Under the pieces are notes generated by a model that saw nothing but the letters and a program-made list of their open reading frames with translations, had not been told where the DNA came from and made no database searches. 64,000 nucleotides of DNA from Nitrospirota bacterium (GTDB lineage Bacteria; Nitrospirota; UBA9217), in the NCBI GenBank assembly GCA_029858565.1, contig JAOUEV010000003.1:64001-128000 (forward strand). The letters are read 5' to 3'. A program made the position numbers and the translations under genes. Shown piece after piece: positions 10,369 through 22,473 of this stretch. Position 1 is the stretch's first letter, and every line of letters begins with the position of its first letter.

Positions 10369-12546
10369 ATGCCCAAGGTCCAGTTCATCTTTGCCATACA
10401 TAACCATCAGCCTGTGGGCAACTTCGACTTCGTCGCCGAGGAGGCGTACCAGAAGTCCTACCTCCCCTTTGTCAATGTTCTTCAGCGTCACAAGGGCATC
10501 AAGATCACGCTCCACTACACCGGTATTCTCTACCGGTTCTTCGAGGAAAAGCATCCTGAGTACCTGGACATGCTGCGGCAGCTGGTGAAGGAAGGACGGG
10601 CGGAGATCCTTTCCGGCGGGTTCTATGAGCCTATCCTGGCCGTGCTTCCTGACGAGGACAAGGTCGGCCAGGTGCGGGCCCTGTCGGATTATGTGCGCAA
10701 GCAGATCGGGTACGACTGCCAGGGCATGTGGCTTGCCGAGCGGGTATGGGAGCCCCATTTGCCCCGGTTCATCGCTGCGGCGGGCATAGACCACGTGGTG
10801 GTGGACGACTACCATTTCAAGGCGGCCGGGCTTCGGGACCAGGAGCTGGACGGCTACTTCCTCACCGAGGAACAGGGCGCCCTGGTCCGCATCTTCCCGG
10901 GCAGCGAGCGGCTTCGCTATCTCATCCCGTTCCATGCTCCCGAGGACACCATCGCCCATCTCGCGACGCTCAAGTCACCGGAGCGGAACCGTCTCATCGT
11001 GATGGCCGATGACGGCGAGAAGTTCGGGGTCTGGCCCGAGACCTATCGCACGGTCTATGAGGAAGGGTGGCTCGACCGGTTCTTCACGCTCCTGGAGCAG
11101 AACAGCGACTGGCTCGAGACAACAACCTTCTCCGGGTTCATCGCGAAGGAAGGGCCGCGGGGCAGGGTATATCTGCCCACGGCCTCGTACATGGAAATGG
11201 GCGAGTGGACGCTGCCGACGGCCACGATGCGGGAATACGACGACGCCCTCGCGGTGATCAAGACCCTGCCCGAGGCCGACCGCATCAAGCCCTTCATGAA
11301 GGGCGGGACCTGGAGGAACTTCCAGGTCAAGTATCCCGAGAGCAACCACATGCACAAGCGGATGCTCATGGTGAGCGAGAAGGTCCACCGGGTGCTTGAT
11401 GCGCCGGGCGCCCTGGCGCGCTTCGACCGCGAAACAGCCAGCATGCTCGACCACCTGTACCAGGGCCAGTGCAATGACGCATACTGGCACGGCGTCTTCG
11501 GCGGACTGTATCTTCCCCATTTGCGGACCGCGGTGTACGAACATCTGATCCGGGCGGAATATCTCGCGGACAAGGCGCGGAAGACCCTGGGGCCGGTGCT
11601 GCGGGCCAAGGCGCAGCAGCAGCGGAAGCGCGAGTCCGACGGGTGGCTCGACATCGAACAAGGCGACTTCGACCGCGACGGCAGCGACGAGGTGATGCTC
11701 AATTCCGAACTTCTGAACGTACTGGTGGATCCCGCCGAAGGCGGCCGGATCACGGAGCTCGACTGGAAACCCCTGTCCTTCAACCTCATGAACACCCTGA
11801 CCCGCAGGCCCGAAGGCTACCATGACAAGATCGCGCTTGCCGGAAAGGGAACCACCGGGGTCAAGACCATCCATGACCGGGTCGTGGTGAAGGAAGAGGG
11901 GCTCCAGCACCATCTCCATTACGACTGGTACACCCGGGCTTCGCTCATCGACCATTTCCTGGAGACCGGCGTGGACCTGCAGAGCTTCATGCGGTCGGAG
12001 TACTATGAGGCCGGGGACTTCGTGCTGGGCTCCTACGAAGCAACGACACGGAAACAGCGGAGCGTGGCCCTGGTCGTGCTGGAACGCGAGGGGAGCGCCG
12101 CGGGTATTTCCATCAAGCTCCGGAAGACGCTGTTCCTGCGCGCGGGAGCTGCCGAGGTCATTATCCGGTACGAGATCGCGAACCAGGACCGGTCGGAGCT
12201 GAACACCACCTTCGGCTGCGAGTTCAATTTTTCGCTGCTGGCCGGCAACGCCCACGACCGGTACTACGAGATCCCGGGGCACATGCTCGAGAAGCGAAAC
12301 CTGGCGTCCATCGGCGAAACGAACAATGTAAGCAGTCTGAGCCTGGTGGACGAATGGTTGAAGCTGACGGTTGGGCTCTCCTTCTCCCGGCCCGCGGTGC
12401 TGTGGCGGGCGCCGGTGGAAACGGTCTCCCAGTCCGAGGCGGGATTCGAGCGGGTGTACCAGAGCTCCCTGGTGATGCCGTTGTGGAAGATCTCGCTCCG
12501 GCCCGGCGGGATCTGGGACGCCGAGATCCGGGTGAGTTTGACGTAA
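10369..12546 (+). CDS. GH57 alpha-amylase / 4-alpha-glucanotransferase
   Basis: HNHQPVGN, WLAERVWEP (nucleophile), DDGEKFGVWP, QCNDAYWHG. Confidence 0.92.
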   Translation: MPKVQFIFAIHNHQPVGNFDFVAEEAYQKSYLPFVNVLQRHKGIKITLHYTGILYRFFEEKHPEYLDMLRQLVKEGRAEILSGGFYEPILAVLPDEDKVGQVRALSDYVRKQIGYDCQGMWLAERVWEPHLPRFIAAAGIDHVVVDDYHFKAAGLRDQELDGYFLTEEQGALVRIFPGSERLRYLIPFHAPEDTIAHLATLKSPERNRLIVMADDGEKFGVWPETYRTVYEEGWLDRFFTLLEQNSDWLETTTFSGFIAKEGPRGRVYLPTASYMEMGEWTLPTATMREYDDALAVIKTLPEADRIKPFMKGGTWRNFQVKYPESNHMHKRMLMVSEKVHRVLDAPGALARFDRETASMLDHLYQGQCNDAYWHGVFGGLYLPHLRTAVYEHLIRAEYLADKARKTLGPVLRAKAQQQRKRESDGWLDIEQGDFDRDGSDEVMLNSELLNVLVDPAEGGRITELDWKPLSFNLMNTLTRRPEGYHDKIALAGKGTTGVKTIHDRVVVKEEGLQHHLHYDWYTRASLIDHFLETGVDLQSFMRSEYYEAGDFVLGSYEATTRKQRSVALVVLEREGSAAGISIKLRKTLFLRAGAAEVIIRYEIANQDRSELNTTFGCEFNFSLLAGNAHDRYYEIPGHMLEKRNLASIGETNNVSSLSLVDEWLKLTVGLSFSRPAVLWRAPVETVSQSEAGFERVYQSSLVMPLWKISLRPGGIWDAEIRVSLT

Positions 12547-12701
12547 AGGCTGGACAACACCGGAAAGCTCATGTCGCACGAAGAAACAAAGACACGAAGA
12601 AAGTCGTTCCGGAAAAGGTGACAGCATTTCTCCGTGGCTTCGTGAATTCGTGCGAGAACAGGTCTGACTATGTCAATCTTTTGTGAAGGAATGAAAAATC
12701 C

Positions 12702-14501
12702 ATGAAGAAGTTCGCGGCAGTTCTTATCGGTTTTCTGCTCCTGATGCCTCTCGCGGTGCGCGCGGAAAAAGCGCTCGGCCCCGAGGAGGTCACCTCGGTC
12801 GACGAGATCGCCGTGTCGATCGCTTCCTACTTCCCGAAGGTGCAGGGAGAAGTGAGTGCCCTGCAGGGCGACCGGCTCACGCTGTCCGTGGGCAGGAAAG
12901 AAGGATTGCTGCCCGGCATGGTGTTGTCGCTCTGGCGCGAGGGCAGGGAATTCCAGCACCCGGTCACCAAGGCGGTGCTTGGCCACGTGGAGGATGAGAT
13001 TGGGTCCGTGGAGGTCCTGACCGTGGCAGAGGGCTCATCCACCGCGGTGATGAAGAACAAACTGAAGGACCCGAAGCAGGGCGATCGGGCGCGCATTTCG
13101 CCGCGCAAGCTCGCGCTCGGGGTGCTTCCGGTCGTGGCCGACCGGCCGGAGATCATCCAGGGGCTTTCGGACCGGCTGCAGGAACTGGGAAGGTTCTCGG
13201 TCCTTGAGACCCAGAAGACGGTATCCTTTCTGAAAGGCAAAAAACAGCGTGACACGTCGCTTGTGCGCGAGATGATCGACGCCTACAAGCTTGATGCGGT
13301 CACTGCAGTGGGTCTCTATCCCGTGGGAGAGAAGCTCCTGGTCACCGCGCGGGTGTTTTACGCCAATGAATCGGATCCGGTGGACACGATAGTCGTTCTG
13401 CTGTCGCTTGCTTCAAAACGCGAAGCGCTGGGCGACGTACGTCCCTTCTTCGCTCCGGTGCAGGCGGCGCAGGAAAAGCTTCCCGACCTTCCGGTGGCTG
13501 CGCGGTATTTCGGCGCCGGCGATCTTGATGGGGACGGTGCCCTGGAGTATGTTTTTTCCGACGAGATGAGGCTCCATATCTACCGGCCGGAACCGTCGGG
13601 ATGGAAGGAAGCATGGACGGAACAGGTCCCGATGGGTGAAAAGGAAGGCCGGCAGTTCCACCTGGATGTCGCGGATATCGATGGCAACGGGAAACCGGAG
13701 ATCTACGTCACCCGCATGCTGAACAGCAGGGTCTCGACCGTTATTCTCGAGCACCAGGGCAAGGGATTCCAGCGTGTCGCGGAGATGAACGGGTTCCTCC
13801 GGGTCCTGCGTCAGCCCGGCAGGGGCATGGTCCTCATCGGCCAGGACTATGACCCGGCGACCTTCTATGCCGGGCCGGTGCGTGAATATGCCTGGTCCGG
13901 TGGCAAGATTGCGGCGGGGCAGACGATCGCGCTCCCGAAGGATGTGAACCTCTATGGATTCACCTTTGCTGATTTCGGCGAAGCCCGTCCGTTGCTCGTC
14001 CTGTTCGATCGCGACAACCGGTTATCGGTCTACTCCGGGGACACGGTGCTCTGGAGGAGCGAAGAGCGGTATGTTGCGGTTGACGCTGTGGTGATCAAGC
14101 CCCTCTCCGGTCTTGACTCCGCTGTCGGCCGCACGGCAAGCGATCTGGACCGTGCCATGGGCAGTGCCGCGGCCCAGCGCGAGAAGGACAGGGAGATACG
14201 CATCCCGGGCGACATCCAGGCACTGGACCTGGACGGGAACGGGAAGGATGAACTGGTGCTCCCCCGGAACACACCGGTCCCGCTGCTCGGCGGATACAAG
14301 GGCGGCGAAGTGCACAGTCTCGCGTGGACCGGAAGCAGGCTGGAGCCCCGGTGGACGGTGAAGGACCTGGCAGGCCCGGTCCTGGCAGCGCAGATACTGC
14401 CGCCGGTCAGGGGCGCCGCGACGGTCGCAGCCCTGGTCCAGATCCCCGGCGGTCTGTTCAGCAAGGACGCCTACCGGGTGGAGCTGTACGAAGGGAAGTA
14501 G
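12702..14501 (+). CDS. Secreted FG-GAP/VCBS-repeat protein
   Basis: Signal peptide; DLDGDG, DIDGNGKPE and DLDGNGKDE repeats. Confidence 0.75.
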   Translation: MKKFAAVLIGFLLLMPLAVRAEKALGPEEVTSVDEIAVSIASYFPKVQGEVSALQGDRLTLSVGRKEGLLPGMVLSLWREGREFQHPVTKAVLGHVEDEIGSVEVLTVAEGSSTAVMKNKLKDPKQGDRARISPRKLALGVLPVVADRPEIIQGLSDRLQELGRFSVLETQKTVSFLKGKKQRDTSLVREMIDAYKLDAVTAVGLYPVGEKLLVTARVFYANESDPVDTIVVLLSLASKREALGDVRPFFAPVQAAQEKLPDLPVAARYFGAGDLDGDGALEYVFSDEMRLHIYRPEPSGWKEAWTEQVPMGEKEGRQFHLDVADIDGNGKPEIYVTRMLNSRVSTVILEHQGKGFQRVAEMNGFLRVLRQPGRGMVLIGQDYDPATFYAGPVREYAWSGGKIAAGQTIALPKDVNLYGFTFADFGEARPLLVLFDRDNRLSVYSGDTVLWRSEERYVAVDAVVIKPLSGLDSAVGRTASDLDRAMGSAAAQREKDREIRIPGDIQALDLDGNGKDELVLPRNTPVPLLGGYKGGEVHSLAWTGSRLEPRWTVKDLAGPVLAAQILPPVRGAATVAALVQIPGGLFSKDAYRVELYEGK

Positions 14502-14574
14502 ATCCCGGACGATCGACCGGGTGTGGAGCGGGGGCCAGGAGAGACCCGGCCGCTCTTGAGAGGATCGCAGCACT

Positions 14575-15375
14575 ATGAAGAAAAAAGAATCTACCGTGGA
14601 GGATCTGCGGGGGATGATCGACATGCAGAAGCTGCCGCGCCACATCGCCATCATCATGGATGGGAACGGCAGATGGGCGCAGCGCCGGGGCATGCCGCGG
14701 GTGTTCGGGCATAAGCGCGGTGCCGAGCGCGTCAAGAACGTGGTGGAGCAGTGCCGCGCCCTGGGCATCCAGATCCTGACGCTGTACGCCTTTTCCGACG
14801 AGAACTGGGGCCGTCCCCGTGAGGAAGTGAGCTTCCTCATGGACATGCTCGGCAGCTATCTCCGCTCAGAGATAGATTCCATGAAGAAGAACGGGATCCG
14901 GTTCCGCACCATCGGCAGGATCGAACGGCTGCCCGCAAGCGCTTCCACCTGGATCGAGAAGGCCAGGTCCGAGACCGAGCAGAACTCGGGCATGGTCCTG
15001 AACCTGGCGCTGTCCTACGGCGGACGGGGAGAGATCCTGCAGGCCATCCGGAGGCTGCAGAGCGCGGGAGGGATACCGGAGGAACTTCGCGAGGAGCATC
15101 TGTCCCGCCATCTGGACACCGCGGGCCTGCCGGACCCCGACCTGATGATCCGCACGAGCGGCGAGCAGCGCATCAGCAATTTCCTGCTTTGGCAGGCCGC
15201 CTATGCCGAACTTTACTTCACCGAGGTGCTGTGGCCGGATTTCGACGAAAAGGAACTGCTGTTGTCCATCGTCGATTACCAGAAGCGACACCGGCGTTTC
15301 GGCCTGACCGGGGAACAGCTTCCGCAGGGCGTCGGTCGCGACGACGCTCCGACAGCCGCAGAATCCCATCGTTAA
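14575..15375 (+). CDS. uppS: Undecaprenyl diphosphate synthase
   Basis: HIAIIMDGNGRWA, FSDENW, RTSGEQRISNFLLWQ. Confidence 0.97.
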   Translation: MKKKESTVEDLRGMIDMQKLPRHIAIIMDGNGRWAQRRGMPRVFGHKRGAERVKNVVEQCRALGIQILTLYAFSDENWGRPREEVSFLMDMLGSYLRSEIDSMKKNGIRFRTIGRIERLPASASTWIEKARSETEQNSGMVLNLALSYGGRGEILQAIRRLQSAGGIPEELREEHLSRHLDTAGLPDPDLMIRTSGEQRISNFLLWQAAYAELYFTEVLWPDFDEKELLLSIVDYQKRHRRFGLTGEQLPQGVGRDDAPTAAESHR

Positions 15376-15387
15376 CGGAGACCTTGC

Positions 15388-16188
15388 ATGAGCGGAACCC
15401 GCGTTGCCACCAGCGTCGTGCTGATCCCCCTGCTGTTCATCATTGTGTGGGTCCTGCCGCCGATCTATTTCGCGGGGCTCGCGGTCGTTGCCGCGGTCGT
15501 CGGGCTGCAGGAGTTCTACGGCATGGTCAAGGCGCGCGGTCTCAAGCCGCTCGAAACGATCGGTTTCCTGCTCGGCGCGGTCCTTATCCTGGAGTTTTCC
15601 CGTACCGGCATGCAGCGCCTCGGGTATGACCTTGTCCTGACGTTTAGCGTGCTCGCGGTCCTGTGCGCGCGGCTCTTCTCCCGGCGGCCCGTGGAAGGGG
15701 CGCTCGAGGAGATCGCCGTGACCCTGCTGGGCGTTCTCTATGTTGCGCTGCTCTTCGGGTTCCAGGTTGCCATCCACCGGGGCTCCCAGGGCAAGTACTG
15801 GCTCATGTTCATGTACCTGGTGATCTGGGCGTCCGATACCGGCGCGTATTATGTGGGCAGCGCGTTCGGAAAGCACCGGCTCTACGAAAAGATCAGCCCC
15901 AAGAAGAGCGTCGAGGGACTTGCAGGCGGCGTTGCGGCATCGGTGCTTGTCGCGGTCCTGTGCAAGCTCTGGCTCGTCAAAGGCCTGGGCTGGGGACCGG
16001 CGATCGCGCTTGGCGCGGTTCTCGCGCTGGTCGGGACCGTGGGCGACCTTGCGGAGTCCCTGCTCAAGCGGAGCGCCGGCGTAAAGGACTCGGGAGCGCT
16101 CATCCCCGGACATGGCGGTATCCTGGACCGCATGGACAGCATGCTGTTCGCCGCGCCGGTGCTCTATTATTATCTCAAGATGAGGTGA
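15388..16188 (+). CDS. cdsA: Phosphatidate cytidylyltransferase
   Basis: SDTGAY, ISPKKSVEG, KDSGALIPGHGGILDRMDS. Confidence 0.96.
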   Translation: MSGTRVATSVVLIPLLFIIVWVLPPIYFAGLAVVAAVVGLQEFYGMVKARGLKPLETIGFLLGAVLILEFSRTGMQRLGYDLVLTFSVLAVLCARLFSRRPVEGALEEIAVTLLGVLYVALLFGFQVAIHRGSQGKYWLMFMYLVIWASDTGAYYVGSAFGKHRLYEKISPKKSVEGLAGGVAASVLVAVLCKLWLVKGLGWGPAIALGAVLALVGTVGDLAESLLKRSAGVKDSGALIPGHGGILDRMDSMLFAAPVLYYYLKMR

Positions 16189-16230
16189 AACAGTGTGGAG
16201 TGCGGAGTGCGAAGTGCGGAGTAAAAAGAC

Positions 16231-17388
16231 GTGAAGCGGATATCCATCCTCGGTTCCACCGGGTCCATCGGAACGTCGACGCTCGCGGTCGCGGAGCAGT
16301 TCCCTGACCGGTTCAAGGTCGTTGCCATTGCCGGCGGGAACAACAGCGAACTGCTCGAAGCGCAGATCAGGAAATTCCGGCCTTCCCTGGCGGCGATCGT
16401 GAGCGAACGGTCCGCTGCTGATCTCCGTGAACGGTGCAAAGACCTGCCGGTGCGCATCCTCTCGGGCGTCGAGGGCATGATCGCGGTCGCGGCAGCCGAC
16501 GAGGCGGACATCACGGTCTCGGCCATCGTGGGGACCGCGGGGCTTGTGCCGACCATGGCCGCGGTCCAGGCGGGCAAGGATATCGCGCTGGCGAACAAGG
16601 AAGTGCTGGTCACGGCGGGCGAACTGGTCATGGAAGAATGCCGGACCCGCAACGTCCGCCTGTTCCCCGTGGACAGCGAGCACAGCGCCATATTCCAGAG
16701 CCTCCAGGCCGGTGAGCGGAAGGACGTGAAACGCCTGGTCCTCACGGCCTCGGGAGGCCCGTTCCGGAACCACTCTGCCGCGGACCTGGCAAAGGTGACG
16801 CTTCAGCAGGCCCTGAAGCACCCGAACTGGAACATGGGCAAGAAGATCACGATCGATTCCGCCACGCTCATGAACAAGGGGCTCGAGGTCATTGAGGCGC
16901 ACTGGCTCTTTGGCGTGCGGCCCGAACAGATCAGCGTGCTGGTCCACGCACAGAGCATCATCCATTCGCTCGTGGAGTTCCAGGACGGCTCCGTGATCGC
17001 CCAGCTCGGCATGCCTGACATGAAGGGGCCCATTGCCTATGCGCTTTCGTGGCCCCACCGGCTTCCCGACGTTTCACCGGGCCTCGATCTGGCGTCGATA
17101 GCGACGCTCACCTTCAAGGAGCCGGACCTCGAACTCTTCCCGTGCCTGGGATACGCATACGACGCCATCCGCACCGGCGGAAGCATGCCCGCGGTCCTGT
17201 CGGCGGCGAACGAGGTGGCGGTCAAGTATTTTCTGGAAGAGAAGATCGGGTACCATGACATCGCGAGGACGATCAAAGCGACCATGGACGCCCACCGCCC
17301 CGTGCAGTTCAAGACCGTGGAGGACGCGCTGAAAGCGGACCTCTGGGCACGGGGAGAAGCGGAGAAAATCATAGCAAGCAAGGATTAA
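16231..17388 (+). CDS. dxr: 1-deoxy-D-xylulose-5-phosphate reductoisomerase
   Basis: LGSTGSIG, LANKE, PVDSEHSAI, HPNWNMGKKITIDSAT. Confidence 0.97.
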   Translation: MKRISILGSTGSIGTSTLAVAEQFPDRFKVVAIAGGNNSELLEAQIRKFRPSLAAIVSERSAADLRERCKDLPVRILSGVEGMIAVAAADEADITVSAIVGTAGLVPTMAAVQAGKDIALANKEVLVTAGELVMEECRTRNVRLFPVDSEHSAIFQSLQAGERKDVKRLVLTASGGPFRNHSAADLAKVTLQQALKHPNWNMGKKITIDSATLMNKGLEVIEAHWLFGVRPEQISVLVHAQSIIHSLVEFQDGSVIAQLGMPDMKGPIAYALSWPHRLPDVSPGLDLASIATLTFKEPDLELFPCLGYAYDAIRTGGSMPAVLSAANEVAVKYFLEEKIGYHDIARTIKATMDAHRPVQFKTVEDALKADLWARGEAEKIIASKD

Positions 17389-17475
17389 AGGAGTAAAGGA
17401 TTAATAGGATTAAGGTGATGTACCGGTAATCCTCGTAATCCTCTAATCCTGTAATCCTGGTTTTCTGGAGGTTTC

Positions 17476-18759
17476 ATGACTTTAGTCTATTTTCTTATTG
17501 TGATCGGCATTCTCGTGTTCGTGCATGAGCTGGGACACTTCATCACCGCCAAGCGCGCAGGCGTGCGGGTGGAGAAGTTCTCGCTCGGCATGGGGCCGAA
17601 GCTTTTCGGATACAAGAAGGGCGACACGGAGTATGTGCTGTCCGCGCTGCCGCTGGGCGGGTACGTGAAGATGGCTGGCGAGAATCCCGATGAAGAACCG
17701 ACCGGCGCGCCTGACGAGTTCCACTCCAAGACCGTATGGCAGCGCGCCAAGATCGCCGCGGCGGGGTCGCTCACGAACATCGTGCTCGCGTTCGTCCTGA
17801 TGCCGCTGGTTTATATGGTCGGCACCTATGCCGAGGGACCTGCCAAGGTCGGATTCGTGGAAAAGGGTTCACCTGCCGCCAAGGCGGGATTCCTGGCCGG
17901 CGACGTGATCACCGAGATCAACAACCGGACCATTTCCGACTGGACCAAGGCGTTATCCCTCATAGCCGTGAATCCCGACACCGATGTGACCGTAACACTT
18001 GAGCGGGGGAGCGAGAAGAAGGTGCTGACGCTCAGACCGGAAGCGGCAACAGAGCTCAGGATCGGCACCGCGGGTCTCATGCCGGACATGCCGGCCGAGA
18101 TCGGCAGGCTGCGGTCAGGTTTGCCCGCTGAAAAGTCCGGCTTGAAGGTGAATGACAAGATCCTGGCTGTCGACAATGTCACGATCTACCACTGGAACCA
18201 GTTCTCCCTTGCGGTAAAGGAGAGCGGGGGCAAGGCGCTGAACCTCAGGATCGAGCGTGCGGGGAAACGGCAGGATATGACCATTATCCCGGTCATGGAT
18301 AGCGGAAGATACGTGATCGGTGTGGAGCCCTATATCCGCTATGTGTTCAAGAAGTTTGGCTTCTTCGAATCCATCCGGCTCGGATTCACCAAGACGCTCG
18401 AGACCGCGGACCTGACGTTCATCACCCTCAAGAAGCTCCTGTCCTTTGGACTTTCGATCAAGACCCTGGGCGGTCCGGTGATGATAGCCCAGATGTCCGG
18501 AGCTGCCGCAGCGGCCGGTCTTTCGGCCTTTATCGCCCTCATGGCGACCATCAGCCTGTCGCTCGGCATGCTGAACCTGCTTCCGATCCCGGTGCTGGAC
18601 GGCGGCATGCTGCTGTTCCTGGCCATCGAGGCCGTGCGCAAGAAGCCCATGAGCCAACGGGTCATGGAAGTGAGCCAGGGGATCGGCGCCGCGCTCCTGA
18701 TCACGCTGATCGCGGTGGTATCGTACAATGATGTGATGCGGTTGTTCTTCAATAAATAG
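17476..18759 (+). CDS. rseP: RIP metalloprotease RseP
   Basis: HELGH, two PDZ-like regions, NLLPIPVLDGG. Confidence 0.95.
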   Translation: MTLVYFLIVIGILVFVHELGHFITAKRAGVRVEKFSLGMGPKLFGYKKGDTEYVLSALPLGGYVKMAGENPDEEPTGAPDEFHSKTVWQRAKIAAAGSLTNIVLAFVLMPLVYMVGTYAEGPAKVGFVEKGSPAAKAGFLAGDVITEINNRTISDWTKALSLIAVNPDTDVTVTLERGSEKKVLTLRPEAATELRIGTAGLMPDMPAEIGRLRSGLPAEKSGLKVNDKILAVDNVTIYHWNQFSLAVKESGGKALNLRIERAGKRQDMTIIPVMDSGRYVIGVEPYIRYVFKKFGFFESIRLGFTKTLETADLTFITLKKLLSFGLSIKTLGGPVMIAQMSGAAAAAGLSAFIALMATISLSLGMLNLLPIPVLDGGMLLFLAIEAVRKKPMSQRVMEVSQGIGAALLITLIAVVSYNDVMRLFFNK

Positions 18760-18765
18760 AGGCAG

Positions 18766-19854
18766 ATGAATCCCATTCCCCGAAAAAAAACCCGTCAGAT
18801 CAGCGTAGGCCCGGTGAAGATCGGCTGGGGCGCGCCGGTGGTCGTGCAGTCCATGTGCAACACCGACACGCGCGATGCCGCTGCCACGATCGGTCAGATC
18901 AACCGGCTGCAGGCGGTCGGGTGCGAGCTTGTGCGGCTTGCGGTCCCTGATGAGGATGCTGCACGGACGCTCGGAAGGATCAAGCAGGGTACGACCATGC
19001 CGCTGATCGCGGACATTCACTTCAGCCATACGCTGGCTTTGGAAGCGATCAAGCAGGGCGTGGACGGGCTCAGGATCAATCCCGGGAACATCGGCGGCAA
19101 GGACAAAGTGAGCGAGGTCGTTGCAGCATGCAGGGACCGGAACATCCCGATCCGGATCGGCGTGAACGCGGGCTCGCTGGAAAAACATCTGCTCGAAAAA
19201 TACGGCCATCCCACGCCCGAGGCAATTGTTGAGAGCGCCTTCGGCCATATCCGCATCCTTGAAGAGCTTGATTATCAGAACATCAAGGTCTCGCTCAAGG
19301 CATCGGACGTGCTGACCACGGTTGAATCCTACCGGTTGTTCTCGAAACGATCCGATTATTCGGTGCATATCGGCATTTCCGAGGCAGGCACACTTCACTC
19401 GGGAACGATCAAGTCCAGTGTCGGTCTGGGCATTCTCCTGTCCGAAGGCATCGGCGACACCATGCGGGTATCGCTTACGGCCGATCCGGTCGAGGAGGTC
19501 CGCGTTGCTTACGAGATCCTGAAGTCACTCAGGATCCGGCAGCGGGGCGTGAACATCATCTCCTGCCCCACCTGCGGCAGGACGGAGATCGATATTATCG
19601 GCCTGGCCGAGACCGTGGAAAAGCGGCTCAGCCATATCACCGAACCGCTCACCGTGGCGGTAATGGGCTGCGTGGTGAACGGGCCGGGCGAAGCGCGCGA
19701 GGCCGACATCGGCATCGCCGGCGGCAAGGGAACCGGTCTCCTGTTCAAGCATGGGGAGATCGTGAAGAAGTTCGATGAGAAGGAACTGGCGGATGTGCTG
19801 GTGAGGGAAGTGGAAAAGATCGTGAGGGAGAAAGAATCGTCTCGTTGTGATTGA
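18766..19854 (+). CDS. ispG: HMBPP synthase
   Basis: VQSM, ADIHF, RINPGN, CPTCGR, MGCVVNGPGE. Confidence 0.97.
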   Translation: MNPIPRKKTRQISVGPVKIGWGAPVVVQSMCNTDTRDAAATIGQINRLQAVGCELVRLAVPDEDAARTLGRIKQGTTMPLIADIHFSHTLALEAIKQGVDGLRINPGNIGGKDKVSEVVAACRDRNIPIRIGVNAGSLEKHLLEKYGHPTPEAIVESAFGHIRILEELDYQNIKVSLKASDVLTTVESYRLFSKRSDYSVHIGISEAGTLHSGTIKSSVGLGILLSEGIGDTMRVSLTADPVEEVRVAYEILKSLRIRQRGVNIISCPTCGRTEIDIIGLAETVEKRLSHITEPLTVAVMGCVVNGPGEAREADIGIAGGKGTGLLFKHGEIVKKFDEKELADVLVREVEKIVREKESSRCD

Positions 19855-19886
19855 CAGGAATCGGGGCAACTCGGATAATAACTGCC

Positions 19887-20177
19887 ATGGGAATCGACGA
19901 ACTTATAAAAGATAAACGAACTGAAATCCTCCGCATCGCCGAGAAGCACGGTGCCTACAATGTCCGTATTTTCGGGTCAGTAGCCCGCGGCGAAGCAGGC
20001 CCTGCCAGCGACATTGACATCCTGGTCGAGGTGGGGCAAAAGCATTCGTCCTTTTTCCCCGGCGGTCTTGTCGCTGATCTCGAAGAGCTCCTCGGCCGGC
20101 GTGTGGATGTGGTCACCGTGAAGGGATTGAACAAGTTTCTCCGCGATCGGGTGCTGAGGGAGGCTGTGGCGCTTTGA
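19887..20177 (+). CDS. Minimal nucleotidyltransferase (MntA-type antitoxin)
   Basis: FGSVARGE..SDIDILV, LGRRVDVV; start at MGIDEL. Confidence 0.88.
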   Translation: MGIDELIKDKRTEILRIAEKHGAYNVRIFGSVARGEAGPASDIDILVEVGQKHSSFFPGGLVADLEELLGRRVDVVTVKGLNKFLRDRVLREAVAL

Positions 20178-20378
20178 AGGACGATCGTATCTACCTTTAA
20201 ACTCAAACACCCTGAAATCGATTGGAGAAACATCTCGGGATTTCGCAACGTAGTAGTTCACGACTATCTCGGCATAGACGTTGAGCAAGTCTGGGATATT
20301 GTCGAACGTGATTTGCCGAAGCTGAATGCCGCGGTTAACGCAATGATCAGCGAATTAGGCGATCCTGCCACGAAGTAA
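20174..20378 (+). pseudogene. HepT/DUF86 toxin pseudogene (internal deletion and frameshift)
   Basis: TTG start reads MKDDRIYL then TAA; the next frame reads KHPEIDWRNISGFRNVVVHDYLGID with the R-X4-H HEPN motif. Confidence 0.8.
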
Positions 20379-20420
20379 AGCCATTCATTGATAATGAAAT
20401 AAGCTGGAAGTGGAGGTTGT

Positions 20421-22115
<1,695 letters not shown>

Positions 22116-22164
22116 GGACGTGACACGTGATGCGTATGACGTGGAGCGTAAGGGGTACGGGGAA

Positions 22165-22419
22165 ATGCAGGAGCAGGACCTAGCGAAGATCAGAGCAATC
22201 ATAGAAGAGCGGAACGTCCGTTATGCTCCCAAGGGAGGCAGCGTTACCCTTGCGGGTATCGAGGGCGGGACCGTGAAGATCGCGCCTGCGGGATTCTGCT
22301 GGCGGTGACATGTGACCCGTATAGCCCTGGTCGAGGGCTTGCAGGAAAAGTTGAAAAAGGAGTTTCCCTGGGTTGAACAGGTCATTGTGATCAACCTGGA
22401 TAAGACAAAAAAAGCTTGA
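22165..22419 (+). CDS. NifU/NfuA C-terminal-like selenoprotein (84 aa, CWRU motif)
   Basis: GGSVTL..IEGGTVKI...GFCWR-TGA(22306-22308)-HVTRIALVEGLQEKLKKEFPWVEQVIVI continues the NifU pattern across the TGA; SECIS-like hairpin follows. Confidence 0.75.
22319..22342 (+). promoter_or_regulatory. Putative bacterial SECIS element
   Basis: AGCCCT-GGTCG-AGGGCT stem-loop, extendable by GTA/TGC around a bulged T, starting 11 nt after the in-frame TGA. Confidence 0.65.
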
Positions 22420-22473
22420 ATTTCAAGGACAAAGTTCCTATAATTAAATTCGTCATCGGAGGGAGCGCAACCC

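Noticed and set aside
10975-12627. 550-aa minus-strand ORF
   Set aside because: Shadow of the GH57 gene.
14866-17058. 730-aa minus-strand ORF
   Set aside because: Antisense shadow of uppS-cdsA-dxr in GC-rich DNA; no recognisable motifs.
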